Assembly: GCA_951406725.2 (NCBI GenBank)
Contig: OX597831.1
Coordinates: 22,630,001-22,694,000, forward strand
Source of the DNA: Octopus vulgaris
Taxonomy: Eukaryota
Reading direction: 5' to 3'
DNA length: 64,000 nt
Numbering within the stretch: the stretch's first letter is position 1; each line of letters opens with the position of its first letter. A program made the translations under genes and the position numbers. Of the stretch, positions 54,649 through 64,000 are shown one piece after another. The notes under the pieces were generated by a model. That model had not been told where the DNA came from. It was given only the letters and a program-made list of their open reading frames with translations, and did not search any database.

Positions 54649-54693
54649 TTGCTACTGATGATGCTCAAACAAGCAGAAATACATATTCAGCAA
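54649..54693 (+). ncRNA. Minimal type I hammerhead candidate
   Basis: TTGCTA-CTGATGA-TGCT CAAACA AGCA-GAAA-T ACAT A-TT|CAGCAA; intact core, one mismatch at the base of stem I. Confidence 0.6.
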
Positions 54694-54737
54694 CCCCAAC
54701 CATTGTTGCTAGACATTTTTCAACTGTATTTTTTTTC

Positions 54738-55153
<416 letters not shown>

Positions 55154-55667
55154 TACTATATTTGTGCTTTGTTGTTGTTGTTGTTGTTGTTGTTGCTGTT
55201 GTTTTGTTTTGATAATCCTAAGCATCTATACGAGATGTTTTTTATTCGAAATGAATACCGCTGTTTCCCAGGCTTTCAAAAGTATGTTAGCGTTAAGTGT
55301 GATATATATATAGTATGGTACAGTGAAAGGTTCGTTGAACTGATATTGCTTCTGGCGCTAATAACGAATAAATGAAAAACGTAATTCTGAATATATGATA
55401 TGCTATGGCTTTTATGCCATTGGATTAATGTAAGTCTCTCATATAGAATGTTTTTCTCAACACATCTGAATAGCGTCAGGCAACGACAGAAGCCGTAAAT
55501 ACACTAAAGTGACACTAAAACCTATTCAAAGGTAACCAATTTACAAACTAGTCACAGAAATGCATTCAAAAAACATTCTTTATAACCCCACAAATATTTA
55601 CACACCTTAAACAAAGGGCAGTTACTGATCTAGCCTCTTCAAAATAGATTATATAACGCATATATTT

Positions 55668-55883
55668 AAGGCGGCGAGCTGGCAGAAACGTTAGCACGCC
55701 GGGCGAAATGCGTAGCCGTATCTGAGTTCAAATTCCGCCGAGGTCGACTTTGCTTTTCATCCTTTCGTGGTCGATTAAATAATTACCAGTTACGCACTGG
55801 GGTCAATGTAATCGACTTAACCCGTTTGTCTGTCCTTGTTTGTTCGCTCTATGTTTAGCCCCTTGTGTGCAATAAAGAAATAA
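55668..55883 (+). mobile_element. SINE family B with TSD-like flanks
   Basis: Head AAGGCGGCGAGCTGGCAGAA; agattatataacgcata on both sides. Confidence 0.88.
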
Positions 55884-55990
55884 GATTATATAACGCATAA
55901 AGAGCAAAGGTTCCCATTCTATGACTTATTTGGCGATCTCACTTCAGGGAAAAGACCAAGACACCTTTGTGTCACTTTTCAACATTCTAC

Positions 55991-56032
<42 letters not shown>

Positions 56033-56773
56033 CAGAGAGCGAGAGGAGAGTTAGGCTGGAAAGAATTGCATAAGAGACTATATTTATATTCTCTAGCATT
56101 ATGATGCACATCGATATTTCAGAGCATGTGTAAGCTTAAGAGATGTAGTGAAGAAAGAGAAAGGGGAAGAGCGAGAGAGAGATGGAGAGAGAAAGAGAGA
56201 GACAGAGACAGACAGGAAGAGAGAGGGACAGAGGGAGGGAGGGAGGGAGGGAAGGAGGGTCAGAGACAGACAAAGAAACGAAGTGACTGTGTTCTATGTG
56301 ACGGACAGTTTGTGCGCGTATGTGTGAATGAGTGTGTTTGTGTATGTGGGTATATGTGCATGTGTGCCTACGTATTTGTGTATGTGTGTATGTGTGTGTG
56401 TGTGTGTGCGTATGTGTACGTGTATGTGGTGTGTGTGTGTGTGTGTGTGTGCGTGTGAGTGTTTAATACAGCAAAGAATTCCTGAATGTCCAGCTATGCA
56501 TTAATTAAAACTGTCAATAGAGCTTCATTAAACGTATCACAGGTAGTCGTGTTTAGCTAACAATTGCTCCAGTCTGGACGCAGCTGTCTCCATTATGTTG
56601 CCTTTAACAATAATCTGAAATTGAATTAAAACACGAGACTCACATCTGTCTTAATATGCATATATATATATATATATATATTATGTGCATATGTGCATAT
56701 ATATCTATCCATCAATTTTTCTATCAAGCTCTTACTCTCTCTCTCTCTCTGTATATATATATATGTATATATG

Positions 56774-56858
<85 letters not shown>

Positions 56859-56907
56859 GTATGTATATATGTATGTATATATATATATATGTATGTATGT
56901 ACGTATG

Positions 56908-56952
<45 letters not shown>

Positions 56953-56967
56953 TATTTTATAGAAGGA

Positions 56968-57016
56968 GCTTCTACAGGACTAGAACTGTTTCATTCAGAT
57001 GAAATCTTCAGGAAGC
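56968..57016 (-). ncRNA. Type I hammerhead in a ~65-bp island between (TA)n tracts
   Basis: GCTTC-CTGAAGA-TTTCATCTGAAT-GAAA-CAG TTCTAGTC CTG-TA|GAAGC; perfect stems I and III, GUA triplet, weak stem II. Confidence 0.75.
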
Positions 57017-57057
57017 ATATATATATATGTATGTATGTATGTACGTATGTATCTATG

Positions 57058-57088
<31 letters not shown>

Positions 57089-57379
57089 ATATATATAATA
57101 ATAATATTAGGGAGTAAATTTGCCTAATAGTGGTTTTATCTCTAATTTGATATATGTGTTTATATATATGTATATATATAGTCCTTCATTTTGTGCTCAT
57201 TGCTTTCATAATATACTTTATATGTTATGCAAATGTATATGCATATATACATATATATATATACATACATATATATATACACATATATATATATGTATAT
57301 ACATACACCTATGCACACGTATTTGTGTATATATACTCATATGTATATATACATATAGATATGTGTGTGTATGTATCTG

Positions 57380-57439
<60 letters not shown>

Positions 57440-57720
57440 CGTGCGTGTATGTGTGTATGTGTGTGCATGTGTTTGTGCGCGCGTGTGTTTTGCGGGCGTT
57501 TGTATATGTCTGTATGAAATACTATACAAGACATCTATAGATTTCCAGCCAGCACCGTAAGAGTCTGATTTAAGAGACATTTTTGTGTTTTTCTTTTTCT
57601 TCTTCGTGTCCATAAAAACATTACGCATCAACACAAGATGTTTACATCCGTCTATTAAAGTATTGGCTGAAATATGTTCGCAGATATACATCTACAGTTA
57701 TGATATATATAAACATACAT

Positions 57721-57777
<57 letters not shown>

Positions 57778-58125
57778 CGCACACATATATATATACATAT
57801 ACGTATACATATTCATACGCACACACACACAAGTATTATATGTATGTGTATAAGTATATATGTATATATATACATATACATATACATATATATTATGAAT
57901 ATATATTTGTATATATTTTTCTATATCTTTTTTTAATAATTTTGATATATACTTAAAATAATATAAATTAATTAATCTTATGTATTGGCTTAAGTTTTTC
58001 ATTGTATGATTTGCCTAATAGTGGTTTTATCTCTAATTTAATATAATATAATATTTTACTATAAAATTGGATTCAATCCTAAATCTGATTTTTCCCTGTA
58101 AGTTTGGATTTATTCCCTAATATTT

Positions 58126-58256
<131 letters not shown>

Positions 58257-58267
58257 AATATGTATAC

Positions 58268-58307
<40 letters not shown>

Positions 58308-58794
58308 TCATTTACTATAGGGTGGAGAAACATACTGCTAATGCATTAAGAATTTAAATATACATGTGTGTGTGCGTGTGTATGAATGTATGTATGTTTA
58401 TATGTAAGTATGTATATATGTATGTTTGTTCCTGTGTGTGTGTGTATGTATGGATTTCACTGTATCCCTGTTTCCCTGTTTCAATCACAGTATGAGTTAT
58501 TGTTATACACCGCTGGTCACAATGTGCTTCCTGCATTGTTGCAGATTTCAAAAGATGTCGCCACGGTTATGTCTCTGATGTATAAATGACCCGTGCACAA
58601 CATACCCTCGAAACGGGTCGCCAGTCCGGCGCAAATTTACTCATTTATATGTGAGCGTCTGGTGAAATGTAAGATGAAGTGTTTTTCTAGAAGGCGCAAC
58701 GCTCTCCCTGGGGATCAAAAGCATAATCTTGCAATTGTTATTGTAACGCCATAAGGACCAGGAGGCACGACTTCATACGCAAACACACACACAA

Positions 58795-59450
58795 ATATAT
58801 GTTACAGCTGCTGCCCCAATATGGAAATTATTCTTTTCTACTCTAGGCACAAGGCCCGAAATTTTTGGAGAGGGGGCTAGTCGATTAGATCGACACCAGA
58901 ACTCCACTGGTACTTAATGTATCAACCCCTAATGGATGAAAGGCAAAGTTGACCACGGCGGAATTCGAACTGAGAACGTAAAGAACGCTAAGCATTTCCC
59001 GCCCGGCGTACTATCAATTCTGCCTGCTCCCCACCTTAATATGAATATTATTAATACACGTAAGTCTCATAGTCACACAGAGCGCCCGCTCCAAAATGTG
59101 ATTGTAGACAAATAAATACTTGCCCACCCCACGGGACATGCATGGTTACCTCAGTTGTATAATCAGTTGTGCTTAATCAGTTCTGCCAAATAAGGAAGCT
59201 AGAAAGAAAAGATATATTCGAGTCTAAAGAAGTGACTTTAAAAATTGATATGTCTACCACTGATTGTCTTTTCGATACGGAGACACGAAGAAATCCACCA
59301 ACGCAGCTATACACATTTAGGAAGCTAAAAATCACGCACACCATCAAGTGGAATATCGTTGAGCAATACACGCCATATGTTAATGAGTCAAAGTGATGTC
59401 GGTTTGTTGTAGCTGAAAAAATTCATATAGTTTGTAAATCTGAGATCTCC
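58795..59450 (+). pseudogene. Decayed Penelope-like linker plus GIY-YIG region, interrupted by a SINE B (58830-59038, -)
   Basis: YSCCPNM..II; CDCRQINTCPPHGTCMVTSVV; TIKWNIVEQYTPYVNESK*CRFVVAEKIHI; aatatg..attatt duplicated around the SINE. Confidence 0.75.
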
Positions 59451-59890
59451 ACCGCCCTCCGGAACTAGGGACTAGGAATTTTCTATGCTTCTCGTCAAAT
59501 TTCAACTCTCGAAAGGGAGAACACTACCCTCTCCGGATAAGTCATGCACTCTTTAATCTTTCACCGTTGGATTAACCCTAACAACTACCGTTAATTCCCG
59601 TCCTAACAAGCTAAACAGAAACAAATCCTCTCCAAGCTATTATCTTCGCAGTTTCTTTTTCTCGCTTTTTTCTTTTGTATTCATCGTTCTTTCTTACTTT
59701 TTCTCAGACAGCAACCATGCGTATTTTGAGCTTGAAAGATTCTAGAATAATTTCCGACATGCTATACAAGGTTTTCCGATTAGTGAAATATCGGAGCATG
59801 GAGCTTATGGTAGCTCATACTTATACAGTGTATACTCATAATTTATAAACTTATAGTGTTTAATTTTATAAGATATGACACGATATGATG

Positions 59891-59937
<47 letters not shown>

Positions 59938-60011
59938 CATATTTATAAATGTATATATATACATACATATATATTTATGTGTGTGTGTGTGTATATATAT
60001 TTATAAATATG

Positions 60012-60047
<36 letters not shown>

Positions 60048-60064
60048 CATATATACATACATAT

Positions 60065-60520
<456 letters not shown>

Positions 60521-61042
60521 CCATATTAGAATGGATATTATTTCTGAGTGGGTTTGTTACTGAACATTACGAAATATCTATTCCATACCGGCATTAGCTA
60601 ACAAGGGCAGTTTTCTCTTAATATCTCCATTTCCATTTTATCGTCAAATTACCGTCAAATACAAGTCAAGCTTTGCTTTCTGTCAAACGGGAATGTCCCC
60701 AAATGAAACTAGTTCAAAGTAAAACAAGAAATAAAAAACATTACGTAAAATACAATATTCATAAACACACAAATAAAACCCAAACTGGAAAGAAATCAAA
60801 ATGGCGGTGCCCCAGCATGGCCATAGCCTTTGGGTTGCAACACATAAAGGAAGGGACCAGCAATTATGACAACAACAGTTAGAGTATACATGCATATATT
60901 TTGCTAAACGAAAATATTGCTGCAGCATTCACCGCCGCACATTCGAATGAGAAAACTGACCTCAGGTATCCGTATATGATTTTGGGTGTCCACGAAAGTA
61001 AAATAGTAAACAAGGGATCCGCAGTAGTATTTTAAGGGCCTC

Positions 61043-61460
61043 TTTACTCTTACTCTTCCACTCTTTTACTTGTTTCAGTCATTTGACTGTGGCCATGCTG
61101 GAGCACCGCCTTGAGTCAATCAAATTGACCACAGGACTTATTCTTTGTAAGCCCAGTACTTATTCTATCGGTCTCTTTTGCCGAACCGCTAAGTGACGGG
61201 GACGTAAACACACCAGCATCGGTTGTCAAGCAATGCTAGGGGGACAAACACAGACACACAAACACACACACACATACACACATAAATATATATATACATA
61301 TATACGACAGGCTTCTTTCAGTTTCCGTCTACCAAATCCACTCACAAGGCTTTGGTCGGCCCGGGGCTATAGCAGAAGACACTTGCCCAAGATGCCACGC
61401 AGTGGGACTGAACCCGGAACCATGTGGTTGGTTAGCAAGCTACTTACCACACAGCCACTC
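61043..61460 (-). mobile_element. SINE family A
   Basis: Near-identical to 31618-32040. Confidence 0.9.
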
Positions 61461-62237
61461 AATCTATCACAAAATCATGCGAGAGGAGGAAGAGGGTAAC
61501 TTAACTGCTTTTTATGTTCCATTCAAGGAAAACTTAGAAAGTTTCCAAGTAGACACGCTACGGGAACATTTTTTTTTCATTGAGGGAAGGAGGGCATACG
61601 GCACTATATGTGCCATCTTTAAAATAGAATGCGGCTAAAGTGCATACTTATGTTATTCGAGACACTCTAGCTCACAAACGTCTAGACGGACGAAGTGCGC
61701 CAAGCATTTTGCTTGGCGTGCTAACAATTCTGCCAGCTTGTCGCCTTATGCCAATAAAAAAGTAAATGTAAAATTTCATAGAATATATTTCGGAAGATTT
61801 AGCTTTCACACCAAGAATTAATAATTGTAAAGCTTTTAGAAAATAATTATCAAAACAACTCTTTAAAAGCGTGTTAAACTATAAAACTACAATTTTAAAA
61901 AAAAATGTTACTTTCTGACAAGTAAAACAAGAAAAAAAAATAACAGAAATTTAATGCAAAACTATAAAAATATATATATTATTACTCTCCCGTTTCAAAC
62001 CACAACTTAAAAGATATAATAGTTAAACTATTAAAAAGCAACTAAAAATGTAACCATTCCCGCAGCTATAAAAATGTATTTAAAGGAAAAGCTTCCCGCC
62101 TCTACTCCATCAAATTAGATTGAACTCTAAAATAGTTACTAAATACATTACTACCTCCAAACATTCACAGGTACACCAACACCACCACAACGACGGCAAC
62201 AAGAGCAAGAATACATTAATGCCAATACCAATGAAGG

Positions 62238-62455
62238 CGAAGGCGGTGAGCAGGCAGAAACGTTAGCCGTATTATGTCTGCCGTTACGTTCTGAGTTCAA
62301 ATTCCGCCGAGGTCGACTTTGTCTTTCCTCCTTTCGGGGTCGATAAATTAAGTACCAGTTACGCACCGGGGTCGATATAATCGACTTAATCCGTTTGTCT
62401 GTCCTTGTTTGTCCTCTCTGTGTTTAGCCCCTTGTGGGTTGTAAAGAAATAGGTA
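62238..62455 (+). mobile_element. SINE family B
   Basis: Head, core and tail. Confidence 0.88.
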
Positions 62456-62944
62456 TCATTAATTTCAAACAATGATTACGCGTGTGTTTGTCCGCCATCA
62501 CTGCTTGACAACCGATGTGGGTGTGTTTACGTCTCTGTAAGTTAGCGGTTCGGCCAAATAAGTACTGCGGTCGATTCATTCGACAAAAAATTCTTAATGG
62601 CGCTGACCCAGCATGGCCACAGTATAACGAAACAAGTAAAAGATGAAAAAAAAATTAATAAAAATATATTTAAATGATAATTTATATGACGAAACTATAT
62701 ATAAAGTGTTACCTTTAATGACAATTAAATCCTTTGTTTTATAGGTACAAGGCCTGACATTTTGAGGGAAGAGGCTAGCCAAAAATATTGACCCTATTTT
62801 AGCATATTTTAGCACCTCCAAAAAGACGAAAGGCAAAATCGACCAAAGCGGGATTTGAATACAAAGCGTAAAGCCAGAAGAAATGTCGATATGCATTTTT
62901 TAATCAGCTACGGTAACTGTTGTGGCAGCTCATCACCCTTTTGA

Positions 62945-63092
62945 GGCTGGTTTCATGGCTTCAAGCTCCTGCTTGATGGGGTTGGGGTCATTCCAGGTTA
63001 GTGGTTCCAGAGACGTCATCATGTGTATGGTCGACTAGGTTCACCAGTGCTCTCCATCGCAGGCGGTCCGATGCCGGCCATTCTGCATCCTC
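62945..63092 (-). mobile_element. Probable RTE-like LINE 3' fragment
   Basis: DAEWPASDRLRWRALVNL resembles the DR..WR terminal motif. Confidence 0.4.
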
Positions 63093-63606
63093 CAGTAATT
63101 GTAAGGAGGTGGAAGGTAAATCGATATCATCGACTCCATTGTTCAACTGGTATTTATTTTAACAACCTCTGAAAGTATGATAGGTAAAATCAACCTCGAG
63201 CAAATATCAACTCAGAACGTCCAGAAGGACTAAATGCTGCTGAGCATTTTGTGCTAACGATTCTGCCAGCTCGCCACCTTTTTAAGGTCAATCAAATAAA
63301 GGTATTAAATTTAGGAACAAGGTCAACAATTTTAGAGGACCCTAGAGCTCGACTGGTACTTATTTCATCAAGCCCCAAAACGTGAACGGTAAAGTCGACC
63401 TTGGAGTTATATGGACTCTGAACGTCAAGGCGAACGAAATGCCGGTATGCATTTTGTCCGGCGTGCTAACGATTCTGCTAGCATACTGCCTGAGGTCTAT
63501 TAAATAATAGATGTAAAATGTTATAGCTCCGGGCCATCCAAAACCTTGTGAGTAGATTTGGTGAACGAAAACTGAAAGAAGCTCGTCGTATATATATATA
63601 TATGTG

Positions 63607-63925
63607 TGTGGTATGTAGCTTGCTTACCAACCACATGGTTCCGGGTTCAGTCCCACTGCGTGGCACCTTGGGCAAGTCTCTTCTACTATAGCCTCGGACC
63701 GACCAAAGCCTTGTGAGTGGATTTGGTAGATGGAAACTGAAAGAAGCCCGTCGTATATATGTATATATATATATATGTGTGTGTGCGTGCGCCTGTGAGA
63801 CCGATAGAATAAGTACTAGGCTTACAAAGAATAAGTCTTGGGGGTCGATTTGCTCGACTAAAAGCGATGCTCCAGCATGGCCACAGTCAAATAACTGAAA
63901 CAAGTGAAAGAGTAAAGAGTAAAGG
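63607..63925 (+). mobile_element. SINE family A with internal deletion
   Basis: Head and tail match consensus. Confidence 0.85.
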
Positions 63926-64000
63926 AGAGTACATGTAACAGGACGCATCCTGATTTCTGTGTAAGGCTGTTAATTGGATAGGGAATCCGACCAATGGTAA

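Noticed and set aside
59758-59800. CATGCT..GAAA..AGCATG possible hammerhead downstream of a PLE
   Set aside because: Core unrecognisable; an alternative hairpin TCCGAT/ATCGGA explains the symmetry

Overview
AT-rich eukaryotic repeat-dominated DNA with no recognisable host exon. It is most likely intronic or intergenic sequence from an octopus/coleoid cephalopod; this is inferred from the SINE types and extreme microsatellite load and is not verified. Nearly all ORFs in the track are microsatellite artefacts. Real content: (1) one intact, apparently full-length R4/Dong-clade non-LTR retrotransposon (RT + CCHC + restriction-like endonuclease, 1272 aa) in a (TAA)n array, plus at least four fragments of other RLE families; (2) three decayed Penelope-like elements (PLEs), one with a Ulp1/SENP-like (C48) protease segment just upstream of its RT; (3) several type-I hammerhead ribozyme motifs read directly from the sequence, mostly in islands between (TA)n tracts, including a 468-bp tandem/inverted concatemer resembling a retrozyme; (4) a rearranged mariner, RTE and CR1/L2-group LINE 3' ends, about 30 copies of at least 3 tRNA-like SINE families, a 170-bp satellite and a 44-bp-arm hairpin. 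Coordinates of decayed repeats are approximate (read by eye).
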